DNA of 61,789 bases, counting the filler, from Globobulimina sp. (lineage: Eukaryota), in NCBI GenBank assembly GCA_003354225.1. It is 15 parts of 15 records of this genome, joined end to end, with 100 filler letters (N's around TTAATTAATTAA, not from the genome) between each part and the next. Parts side by side here need not be neighbours in the genome. Positions count along the whole stretch, not along the records: positions 20,663 to 24,692 come from PIVH01001712.1; positions 24,793 to 28,822 come from PIVH01001713.1; positions 28,923 to 32,951 come from PIVH01001714.1; 12 more parts are not named here. The stretch is one strand, 5' to 3'. Below are positions 20,870-31,211 of the stretch, piece by piece (within the stretch, counting starts at the first letter, position 1; every line of letters starts with the position of its first letter). The notes beneath the pieces were generated by a model that made no database searches, was not told the DNA's origin, and saw only the letters and a list, made by a program, of their open reading frames with translations. Position numbers and translations under genes: made by a program.

Positions 20870-21940
20870 TCATTTTATTGTAAATTGCTGTTGTTTAATT
20901 AACCAATGTTTCCATTCATCCATAGCATTAATGCGATTGTCAGCGATGTCATTAACATTCTTCAGTTGAATATTATGGAAAAACACATCCAACGTATTTT
21001 GATAAATAATATGAGCCAAATCATCAATATCTTGCCCCTTAACAGCTGCGATGACCTCCAATACTTGCAATATATGACACGGTTCAGATCTGCCTTTAAC
21101 ACATTTATCCGTCATATCTATGCAGTATTTCTTATTTGTGACCTGATCGAATTCTGTTTGAATATATTTGTGGCTCATATGAGTTTTCTTAATGCCGCAC
21201 CACGGCGCATCAGTCTCAATCATTAATCTATTCGACGGGATTGCTTTCACCACATTTAAATTCTCATTTGTTTTCAATGAACATCCATTAATTCCGATAT
21301 ATATTCCTTTCAAAGTTAATAATAATTCCAAATCGTTAATACTGTCACTAAATGAATGAATCACTGCTTTCCTCCATCGATGTCGATTCTCTTTCAAAAT
21401 GCGATATAAATCCTTTGTTGATCCTCGATTATGTAAAAACATCGGCAAACCGGTTGCTTCCACGATCCTTTGTATATTAATAATTCTATATTTACATACA
21501 ACGTAATTTTCTTTTTTTAACTTGAAATGTTTATCAAAATGTGCTAATTGAGTTTGTTTATCACAAAATTGAGTTCGATCATAATCCAAACCGCACTCTC
21601 CAACAGCAACAATTTTCCCACATTTTACACCTTGTTTTGCAACTTTTATCAGTTGATTTAAATAATCCAAGTCAGCATCAAATTCATTGCAACGCGTTGG
21701 GTGACATCCAACAGTTGAAAATAAGCGTGCATTATTTTGAACCAATTTTAGTGCATCTTTGGATTCTTTTAAATTGCCGGCTGTCACAATAATATGTGTG
21801 AGGCCGCTGGACCACGCCCGTTTTAATACTGATTGCAGATCTGCAGCATGCTTATTCTTCCCATGATACTTTCCTTCAAACATACCATCTAACAAATTTG
21901 CACCAATATCTATGAATCTCTTTGTCAGTTTATTGCTCAT
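20870..21940 (-). CDS. TATDN1: TatD-family DNase (TATDN1-like); intron 21468-21521
   Basis: FIDIGANL, TVGCHPT, VGECGLDYDR, MFLHNR, VIHSF, GINGCSLK, METD-type IETDAPWC. Confidence 0.92.
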   Translation of the reverse strand: MSNKLTKRFIDIGANLLDGMFEGKYHGKNKHAADLQSVLKRAWSSGLTHIIVTAGNLKESKDALKLVQNNARLFSTVGCHPTRCNEFDADLDYLNQLIKVAKQGVKCGKIVAVGECGLDYDRTQFCDKQTQLAHFDKHFKLKKENYVVCKYRIINIQRIVEATGLPMFLHNRGSTKDLYRILKENRHRWRKAVIHSFSDSINDLELLLTLKGIYIGINGCSLKTNENLNVVKAIPSNRLMIETDAPWCGIKKTHMSHKYIQTEFDQVTNKKYCIDMTDKCVKGRSEPCHILQVLEVIAAVKGQDIDDLAHIIYQNTLDVFFHNIQLKNVNDIADNRINAMDEWKHWLIKQQQFTIK

Positions 21941-22118
21941 TCTTCGATGTGTCCAGTATTAAAACAAAAACTTACACTTCCTAACTAACTAAAAACCACA
22001 GAGACGAGTAGCAATTAGATGTGATTAGAATTTGAAATCCAAGATGGAAAACGAGGCAATTCTTCAAAACTTATCAATAATTAATTCAAATTTATACTAC
22101 AAAATAAAGAAATCCACT

Positions 22119-23318
22119 TTAAGTGTCTGCTATTTTTGGTCCACCGCTACTGCTTTTCTTTTTTGGTAACACACTTTTCTTTTTTTTTGCTTTTCGAATT
22201 CTTTTTTTTTGACTTTTCTTTTTTTTGACTTTTTTTTGAACATTCTTACTTTTAATAATCCCCTTCTTTAAATCCTTGCTTTTCACAGGCTTTGAATAAT
22301 ACGCTGTATCAAACATTACATTCTGCATTTTCATGCCATGTAAACCCTCAAAAGCTTTGGTCGCAGCATCAAAATCAACCATAGTCACAGTGGCCTTTCC
22401 TTTACTTAGTGATTTATTAGCCCACATTTTCACATTTTTCACCTCCCCGTATTTCCCACATAAATCCAACACCGCATCCCTTCCAACCAAATAATGCAAA
22501 CCACTCAAAAGTATCGAGCTGGTCTTTCCCGCCAAGTTTTCCTTGCGATTAGACGCCTTCTTGGCTGCTTTCCAGCTGCACCAAATTTTGCTGCCACACA
22601 ACATGCTCATTCGCAAATTCTCCACACATTTGGTGGCATCCTCGCTATTCGCACACTCAATGACTGCAAAACCGGGATATTTATCCTTTTCATGATGCAC
22701 TAAACAGATTGACTTTGGTCTGTTGGTCACGCCGCTTTCCTGCTGGATATGTGATAATATATTCTGTTCAGTGGTGCTTTTGGATAAACCATCCATTACA
22801 ATCCATGCGGTGGTACCACGCAAATCGTTTGGAAACATTTTGCTTTGTTTAGCTACGCAACATTGAGCGGAAACGTCCGTGTTTGGAATTTGTTGTTGGT
22901 TCATTTTGAGCGCACACAATGATGCATCGGCTTTTGTGGCAAATACGAGACGCGCTTTGCGATTGGGAGGAGGGACACCTTTGTTACTCATAGTGATGGA
23001 TGATGGCGTCTTGCCGGTTAAGGATTGCGTCCATTCATAGATCTGCGATTCAGTGAACTCGCGAGGCATCGGATGGAGACACACTGTTCTTTCCATGTTT
23101 AGAGCCATTTTTTCTTTCCTTTGTTCTTTCCTCAGAGCGCTTTTTTCTCTCCGTTTCCTTTGAGTCCTCCTCCTTTTTGCTTTGCGTTTCCTTTTTGAGT
23201 TTTGTTTTTTTATTTTTTTGTTAACTGAGTCATCAATCCTTGCAGGTGTTTGTGTGTCTGGTTGGGAATCATCAGAGTTTGAGTCATTTAGGAATATTGC
23301 AAATGGGTTTTCGTCCAT
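22119..23318 (-). CDS. Three-RRM RNA-binding protein with basic termini
   Basis: RRM patterns (IVMDGLS...GFAVIEC; ILLSGLH...GKATVTM); Lys/Arg-rich ends. Confidence 0.75.
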   Translation of the reverse strand: MDENPFAIFLNDSNSDDSQPDTQTPARIDDSVNKKIKKQNSKRKRKAKRRRTQRKRREKSALRKEQRKEKMALNMERTVCLHPMPREFTESQIYEWTQSLTGKTPSSITMSNKGVPPPNRKARLVFATKADASLCALKMNQQQIPNTDVSAQCCVAKQSKMFPNDLRGTTAWIVMDGLSKSTTEQNILSHIQQESGVTNRPKSICLVHHEKDKYPGFAVIECANSEDATKCVENLRMSMLCGSKIWCSWKAAKKASNRKENLAGKTSSILLSGLHYLVGRDAVLDLCGKYGEVKNVKMWANKSLSKGKATVTMVDFDAATKAFEGLHGMKMQNVMFDTAYYSKPVKSKDLKKGIIKSKNVQKKVKKKKSQKKRIRKAKKKKSVLPKKKSSSGGPKIADT

Positions 23319-23400
23319 TCTGTTTCACGTTTGTGTTTTTAGTTTATGAGAATAAAAGTTTTTTGAGCAAAAAACATAAAGTTTAGTTATATAGTTGCTA

Positions 23401-24315
23401 ATGGCACAGACCTATTCATGCTATATCACCAAAGATATCAATAAAAAATCAAGCAGAAAAAATTGGGTGGATGGCAGACTGGAATATTGCGCTGAAACGG
23501 CAAGAATAAGAATCAAAAATGAATCTGGTTCTTGCGTTGCTGAAAGGTTTGATGATTTGGTATTTAATGATTTTATGAAGAAGGATATCATAAAAGTTGG
23601 TTCATTTGAGGTTGAATTCGCAAATTCTTCAAATAATAACAATGACAATAATGGTTACAATGAAAATTCAAATTCAAATGGAAATCAAAATAATAACAGT
23701 TTTAAACAAACAACACGCAAATTTAAACATGTCGGCGCACCGAAATTTGATAATACCATCACAAAAAGAAGAATGAATCAAAATAATCATGGATATAACA
23801 ACAGGAACAATCATAATAAGCCAATTGCAAATAATTGCAATAAAAACGGAAATAATTATAAAAGGAATGGAAATAATGCAAATAGAAATGTTCCAATTAT
23901 GAATTTCCCGAAAGAGGTTGCACGTCGTTTACCATTTGGCGATGTTGCAATTCTGCCAAAGGTAAACAATAAAAATAATTCTAACCGGGCAGTTAAACGG
24001 ACTTTTAATGATATGAAGGATGGGGATAATAATGGTAAAAATAAACATGTTACGACCACAACAAAGACTGTTTTGAGTGGCAGCATTTTGGAGTATATTG
24101 ATATTGATACAAATGCGTTGAACTGCAATGGTGGTATTTATGAAAAGAAAGAATATGAAATATTTGAGGATTTGCTAAAAACGGATTATAAAAATAAAGA
24201 TATTCCAACAAAATTTCGGAAACCGTATTTTTTACCATTTTATGATGAATTGCCACAAATTATTTACTCAAATGTTGCAATTGAAGATGACAGCAAAATG
24301 GATATATTGAAGTAA
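23401..24315 (+). CDS. Protein with DUF2439/ZGRF1-like N-terminal domain and Asn-rich region
   Basis: YSCYITKD...RKNWVDGRLEY...IRIKNESG pattern. Confidence 0.5.
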   Translation: MAQTYSCYITKDINKKSSRKNWVDGRLEYCAETARIRIKNESGSCVAERFDDLVFNDFMKKDIIKVGSFEVEFANSSNNNNDNNGYNENSNSNGNQNNNSFKQTTRKFKHVGAPKFDNTITKRRMNQNNHGYNNRNNHNKPIANNCNKNGNNYKRNGNNANRNVPIMNFPKEVARRLPFGDVAILPKVNNKNNSNRAVKRTFNDMKDGDNNGKNKHVTTTTKTVLSGSILEYIDIDTNALNCNGGIYEKKEYEIFEDLLKTDYKNKDIPTKFRKPYFLPFYDELPQIIYSNVAIEDDSKMDILK

Positions 24316-24518
24316 ACGCCAAACAAGAAGTTGACTGATTTGACTATCGGAAATCTCTTTAACTGTTTTTTTTTTTATCCAAGCGGTGTTTAGAACATCT
24401 GACTATGTGGAAAGTTCCACGAACCTCATACAGCTGCAAAATATGAATGTCTACTCTAAGTAAACAACATAGCTGCAAACAATGTCATTACATATTATTT
24501 AACTTTTTTGGCTTAGTT

Positions 24519-24692
24519 TCGTTTCATTTCATTTCAACGATTGGCAAAGTTTTTGGGTTAGCTAGAGTGGTTCTCAACTTTGAATGCTAGGATTACTAGG
24601 TCATCGAATACTAGGTCAACTTAGAATACTAAGTTGAAAACCACTCTAGCTAACCCAAAAACTTTGCTAATCGTTGAAACGAAACGAAACGA
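24519..24692. mobile_element. Foldback/MITE-like inverted repeat (62-bp arms, 50-bp spacer), cut by the contig end
   Basis: 24519-24580 is the reverse complement of 24631-24692 with 4 mismatches. Confidence 0.75.
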
Positions 24693-24846
24693 NNNNNNNN
24701 NNNNNNNNNNNNNNNNNNNNNNNNNNNNNNNNNNNNTTAATTAATTAANNNNNNNNNNNNNNNNNNNNNNNNNNNNNNNNNNNNNNNNNNNNACAATCAA
24801 GCTTCAACGTCAGAAATTTGTGGATTGAGTCGCTCTAAACAGTTCT

Positions 24847-25896
24847 TTAAAATTCTAAAATATCCTGCAAAGGAATGAGCCAATTATACTCATTTGTTAA
24901 TGTGGTCAAATATACAGTTCCATTATGACATAGAAAAGAATGAATCAAATTTATCAAATCGGTGGCCATATACAAAAACATTAAATTTACCCTCAAATAT
25001 CCACACACAATGAAATCTCTTTTTTTATCATAGTTATTATGGCTGATGCTAGCAATGCATCGCGACCTTTCCGGGCATCGCACTTTGCTTTCTCGAAATG
25101 TCATGGTTTGAATGTTTAAAACATAGATATTATCCACAGTGCCAACATTCAAACAGATCCCACCAAATAAAATTATATTTTTCTCATCCGGTGTTAATAT
25201 GTAACCAAATCCAAACCATGCCATTGGCAATTTTCTTTCCAATTTTTTCCAAATATTGTCGCATATTTCATATTTCCACATTTCTTGACATGTTCCGTTT
25301 TGTGAGGGATAGTCTATTCCGCCAAATAATAGTATAATATTCTTTGATTTAATGTGAATTAAACCAAATCCAGATTTGCCATTATTCAAATGGCCAAAAG
25401 TAGCATTTATTTTCAATTCACACCATTCCTTATCTATATCCCATATTTGGTGAGCTTTGTTTTTCAGTCCTCCAACAATGTGATATTTATCGTTTACTAT
25501 CAATGACTGTGCATTATTTAGCATACCAAAAGCATGGATTTGGTATATTTTTTGAATGTGATTGTTTGCCATGTTTATAATTGTCAGTGTGTCATAGCAC
25601 TGTTCAAATATGAACAGTTTATTTGTATTCTGTTGAAAAGATAAGATCTTTCGATTCCATATCTGATCTGTGTCTTTATTGAATTCCATTAATTTTGTCC
25701 ATGTGTTCTGTTGGATGCTGTATTTATAAATATATGTCTTTTTAAATATGAAATAAGTATTCCAACTCATTATCAATAATTCATCCTCATTTAATTTGAT
25801 CAAATTGGAACAAATAATGGGATATGTCCCTGGCAACGATTTAACAAGTTTCCATTCATGCTTTGTGGAGTTAATGCTGCTTTGTTCGGTGCCCAT
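24847..25896 (-). CDS. Kelch-repeat protein
   Basis: YHIVGG, ILLFGG...MWKYE...W, IILFGG...IYVLN; N-terminal MG; C-terminal box motif. Confidence 0.85.
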   Translation of the reverse strand: MGTEQSSINSTKHEWKLVKSLPGTYPIICSNLIKLNEDELLIMSWNTYFIFKKTYIYKYSIQQNTWTKLMEFNKDTDQIWNRKILSFQQNTNKLFIFEQCYDTLTIINMANNHIQKIYQIHAFGMLNNAQSLIVNDKYHIVGGLKNKAHQIWDIDKEWCELKINATFGHLNNGKSGFGLIHIKSKNIILLFGGIDYPSQNGTCQEMWKYEICDNIWKKLERKLPMAWFGFGYILTPDEKNIILFGGICLNVGTVDNIYVLNIQTMTFRESKVRCPERSRCIASISHNNYDKKRDFIVCGYLRVNLMFLYMATDLINLIHSFLCHNGTVYLTTLTNEYNWLIPLQDILEF

Positions 25897-25942
25897 GGTT
25901 ATCTATTAAAACTCCTCGTTCTTGAGGTAACGCACTTGCATA

Positions 25943-28619
25943 ATGGACAACATTAAAATAGTTTTTGTAGGAGATGGAACCGTTGGGAAGACATGTCTAA
26001 TGATAACTTATTGCACGAACGCATTCCCCGGAGAATACATCCCCACAGTCATGGGCAATTACACTGCCAACGTTATGTTAGATGGCATACCGTACCAATT
26101 GGCTTTTTGGGATACCGCAGGCGAAGAAGACTACGATCGATTGCGTCCATTGGCATACCTTCAAACAGATGTATTCTTACCTTGTTTTGCTGTGGATAAT
26201 AGAAATTCCTTTGAAAATATATCAACTAAATTCTACCCAGGTATATATACAGTGTATTACATTAATATAATGCATAATAATTATATTAAATACATAGAAA
26301 TCACTCATCATTGGCCCGAAGCGTCGTACATTTTGGTTGGATTAAAAAGCGATGTAAGAAGTTATACTGATGAGACAGCTCAAGAAAATCTCGTCAGCAG
26401 AGGCGAAGCAGAAACGTTACGAAGAGAGATTGCCGCATATAAATATATGGAAGTCTCGGCATTAACTTCAGAGGGTTTAAGATTATTATTTGACGAAGCT
26501 ATCCGATGTCACACAGATAATGGCATTGATCCTGCGCAGTTGCATGGAGATGAGGGCAATGGCAATAAAATCAGCAAATGTTTTAAAACATTGCTTTGCA
26601 ACACATTTGTAAACTATTTCTATGATTTCTTGACAGGAATAATATCATTGGCAGATTTGATTACAGACATTCTTGTCATGTATGATTTTTACGCAAAAGG
26701 TAGGATGACATTTTTTGTGCTCTCGTTGATTATTATAATCTGCGCTCAACTCGGATATTCTGGTTGTTTTGTATTCAAATATTCAAATTATAAGGAATCA
26801 TATAAATCTGTCTTGCTATTTCTTGGCTCATTGTCCATTGCGCCGTTTCTATCGTTTGTGTTTTATTTAACATCCCGTCGCGAGAAATGGTTATCTAAAT
26901 TCTTGAAAGCAAAGTTAAATCTTTATATTCGAGATTATGTTCCAAACGAAGATGATTCGCCAATCATGAGATTTATTGAAGAAAAATTCACCAAACATAT
27001 GGGATTTATGCTAGGTTTGCCTTATATTTATTACTTTTTATATTTTATAATCAATTTTTATTTCAGAAGCGTTCGTGGAAGCGTTCCCTCAGTCGATGTA
27101 TGTATGCACTTCTTGTAATTTGTTTGTTTGATTATTTTAGTTTGATTGATGTGCCATGTTCAGACTTCAGATGATCGCGATTGTAATGTATAGAGAAGCA
27201 CATTTGGTCTCAATTATATCCATATTGATCAGTATGCTGTCAGTGGCCACCAAATCATTGGTGTTTAATATTGCCATCGATTATACCACATTTATATTTA
27301 ACTGGTTATCGATGGTGACTGATTTTTTTGGAATATTCTTTGCAATTTCCTGGGTATTTTATCATCCCACGGCTGATCTAAATGGTAATAAGAACAATTT
27401 TACTCTGATTGGCTACATTTGGATTTGTAAAGTGCTGTTTATTGTAATTCCGTTTGTTTATTGGACTGGAGTTTCAATGTTATTTTTTTTCATAGATAAA
27501 TTTTATGAGAATAATTTGCGTGCGATTCGAAGCAGAAACAATCGGCAGCCAACCTGTTGTGAGCGAGCAAAAGAATTATTTATTAATTCAGTATTTGTTG
27601 GCTTTTTGCATTTTTGTGGTTTAGCTTTAGGTACAATGTTGACCGAAATTGGTTGTTTTAGCTATATCGCGTGGAATAATTTTTATTTTGTGACGGACCA
27701 AGTTAACCATTCAACTGTTTATGTGGTACAATGGTGGTATTTGGTTTTTGATTGGTTGAAAAAAAGTAAATCGAAACAAGATTGGATATTACGTATTGTG
27801 TGTATCTGGTATGTCCGATTAAAAAATGAAAGCATATTTAAATATTACAATGATAACAATTTATTGACATATTTAAATGAGAAATTAAACGATGAAAATG
27901 GCGCGTTTCATGGAATTACTTTAAATGATTTAAAAGTGAATACATCAAATAATTATCGAAAGAGACATTTTTGGCCAAAAATCAAAAGAAAATATCTTGA
28001 AATTTATACGGACATTAAACGCGATTGGCAGAGCACATTGAATACCATCAAAAATACAGTGCATAATCTCCACAATGATTCGAAATGTATGTTAGTTTAT
28101 AAAGCTATGACAACAAAACTGTTTTGGGCCTATGTATCGATGCTATGTAATACATTTTATTTTTTCCCATTCTATCTGTTGTCAAGAAGTATAAATATAT
28201 TATTTCCTATAATTATTCTGATTTATTTATATATTACAAATTATTGGCAACATGTTGACCTGTTTCAATATTGTATGTTGATAATATATCTCTCATTACA
28301 AATGATATGGTTTAGTTTTGCATATTTTGCCCTTACAAAATCATATTGGATTTATAATTTATCGTTTTTTAATGGCTTTGGTGTGGTTAAAATTAGTGCT
28401 CGCACGGAATATGCCAATAAAGATGTTATGGAAACTATACAATTAATTTATACGGAGATAGTGTCCATTCCAAAAAGAAAGGAAATTGTAATTAAGATAT
28501 TTGGTCCGCATATTGGACATGTTGTTTTATCATTTATTCCAAATAAACCCAGCATTGCGGAGGTTCGTCGAATTCGAGCTCAAAGAAAGAAAGATACGAT
28601 ACGTAATAAAATAAAATAA
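25943..28619 (+). CDS. Rac/Rho GTPase fused to an XK-related multi-pass membrane domain; introns 26241-26297, 27015-27066, 27098-27163
   Basis: GDGTVGKT, FPGEYIPTV, WDTAGEEDYDRLRPL, GLKSD, EVSAL. Then ADLITDILV and spliced LEAFVEAFPQSILQ, ISILISMLSV (XK-like). Confidence 0.82.
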
Positions 28620-28922
28620 AATAATTTTGAATTAACTGCAGCTTTTGTTTCTGTCTTAAATTGCATTTGCAGTTTGTTATATTGCTTTTTGTTGCTTAGT
28701 TACAATCATAATCTACACAACAGAGTGTGCCAAAAAGGCAGTTTAATAAATTGTAAAGATATCAAAACGAAAACTAATATTAGAACACGCAACAAACTGC
28801 AAAAGCTAGCTAGATATTAATANNNNNNNNNNNNNNNNNNNNNNNNNNNNNNNNNNNNNNNNNNNNTTAATTAATTAANNNNNNNNNNNNNNNNNNNNNN
28901 NNNNNNNNNNNNNNNNNNNNNN

Positions 28923-29495
28923 ATAATATCCGGCAAAATTATGTTGAAATATTAAATATCGCAAACTTAATAAAGCAAGCCACCAAATAATAGTACACCA
29001 TGAGAGTATTAACAAAGTAATACACAATCGAATGGTATATTTGCTTGGTTCCAAATAAGAGCCAGCGAACGCGGAATATAATCGTGCTAAGAATTGGGTA
29101 TAGATTGAAGTTTTAGCGGCAAATATGAATGTTACAAAGGTAACCATTGCCACAACAAAATGTAAATCATGTCCAAAATTATCGGCATCTGCATCGTCAA
29201 AATAAAATAAAGCAGAAATATATGAACAAGTGGATAAGAAATAGAACAAAGCACTCAATATTGTTGGATAATTTACGTATGGAACACCCTTTATATTCTT
29301 CCATTTGTCTTTCAAGAATATGGATTTGCTTCGTGCTAATTGGTTGTTTTGTTTTTTTCTGTCATGATGATATAGTGCATAAATAATAAATATTAATGAT
29401 GAAAATATGATCAATGCGCAACCAATGACAAATAGAATGATTTGGGTTGTGTTGCCAAAATATCTTCCATCTGCATGTTCAAAATCTCCAACCAT
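28923..29495 (-). CDS. Multi-pass, GPCR-like membrane protein, 3'-truncated
   Basis: Four TM helices; FLARLYSAF after the third helix. Confidence 0.55.
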
Positions 29496-29580
29496 TATTA
29501 CAAAAACTATATTCAACCGCTCAGCAGTTTTTTAATCAACTTTCTCCATTTTTCCTCATTTCCCACACAACAAAACTACA

Positions 29581-30984
29581 ATGTCGTTTGAAGACTCAGC
29601 GTCACGATTATCGTTTCTGTCATCCATTCGCAGCAAAGGAACCAAACTAATCTCATTCTATACACCCACATCAACACAATTCATAACCAAAAGCAAACAC
29701 AAAATAAAACAAGAATTGAGTGACTGTACGAATATCAAACAACCTTCCACTCGACAATCAGTCAGGCGCGCTTTAGCTCAAATACGTAGTAAATTAAATG
29801 GATTTAAATCAAACGAATTACACGCAAAATATCCCAATGGTATTGGCTTATTTTGTGGAGATTCAAATAAGTTGGTTTTAATCCATTTACAATCATCCAT
29901 TAATTATATCTACTATAAATGTGATAAAATATTTGATTTATCACTTATTAATCAACAAATGCAATCTGTTCATGAAGATAATAAATATGCATTAATTATT
30001 ATTGATGGCAGCAACTTTTGTGTCTGTCAGTTAATTGGCACAAAATCTAAAGTATTGTATAACAAATCCATTAAATTGCGTGGCAAACATAAAAAAGGCG
30101 GTTAGTCTCAAAAACGCTATGAAAGGTTATATGTTTGACGGAAGAGATAAATGGGTTCAAAAATGCGCTGAAACACTAAATAAAATGTTTAAATTTTCCC
30201 AAATAAATTCTGCAGAAATTAATGTTTCTGCAAAAGATATTTATTTGGATTATGATGCATTTATTATTGGTGGTTCTTGTGATTTAGCAACAAAATTATT
30301 TAAATCAAAGGATATTAACAAATGTATTGTTGACAGAGTTATTAATTATGAGTTATAACACTGCAAACATTAAACCAAGCAATTATTAAAAGTAAAGATA
30401 TTTTTCAACAATTTAAAATAAAAAATGATAAAATTTTAGCAAATAAGTTTGCTTCGTTGAATGAATTTAATCCTAATTTAATTTGTATTGGTTTTGAAGA
30501 AACATTGCTTTGTATTAAAATGCAACTGTTAAAGACTTTAATTTATTCAAAATATGCAAGATATGCATATTGTGTTGAATATAAAGGAAAAAACAATGAA
30601 TTTATTGAAAATATTTATGGTGATACGAAATATGATAAAATCATAGATACAAAAGAATATTTACGATGTTTGTGTGATGAAAATAACATTGAGTTTAAAG
30701 TAATTGATATTAAACATGGATTTTTTGAACAATGTGGTGGAATATTACATTATGAAATGGATTTAAGTAATTATAATATTAAAAATATGTATAATATTAA
30801 TATTTGGACACAAAAAGATCAAATTAAATTAGAAAATGCTTTGAGATATCAAATGAAATTAAAATTTATAAATAGAAGCTGGCAAAAAGTGCGTGAAATG
30901 GTTCCTGGTAAAACTGCGAAACAATGTAAACAAAGATTCAAATATATTCGACAAGTATTGGAAAAAAAATATGAACAAAATTAA
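29581..30984 (+). CDS. eRF1-like: Interrupted eRF1 paralogue fused to a SANT/Myb domain (recoded gene or pseudogene)
   Basis: GTKLISF, TNIKQ, PNGIGLFCG, YKCDKIF, IIIDG, KHKKGG*SQKRYERL; then +1 frame DGRDKWVQKCAETL...IIGGS; then original frame LNQAI...CIGFEETL...CGGILHY; then WTQKDQIKLENAL...WQKVREMVPGKTAKQCKQRF. Confidence 0.88.
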
Positions 30985-31211
30985 AAATAAATGATCGATA
31001 TAGATAAATGTTATGATTCTAATATTTAATCTGTGTTCTATCACTTTTTATTGTATTATTATCAGTGTTTGATTGTGATTTTCCGTTTTTTAATTTTAGA
31101 AACTATTGTTTTTACGCTTGCCTGTCCGAAATAAAAACGATATGACAAACAATCAAATGCAGCTGGAAGAAAGAACTTTTTGTCACACTCTAAAAAATAG
31201 TGAATTTAATA

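Noticed and set aside
30103-30105. Genome-wide TAG=Gln reassignment explaining the eRF1 stop
   Set aside because: No other conserved gene needs an internal TAG or TAA, TAG ends other ORFs (e.g. 44885-44887), and it would not explain the two frame switches.
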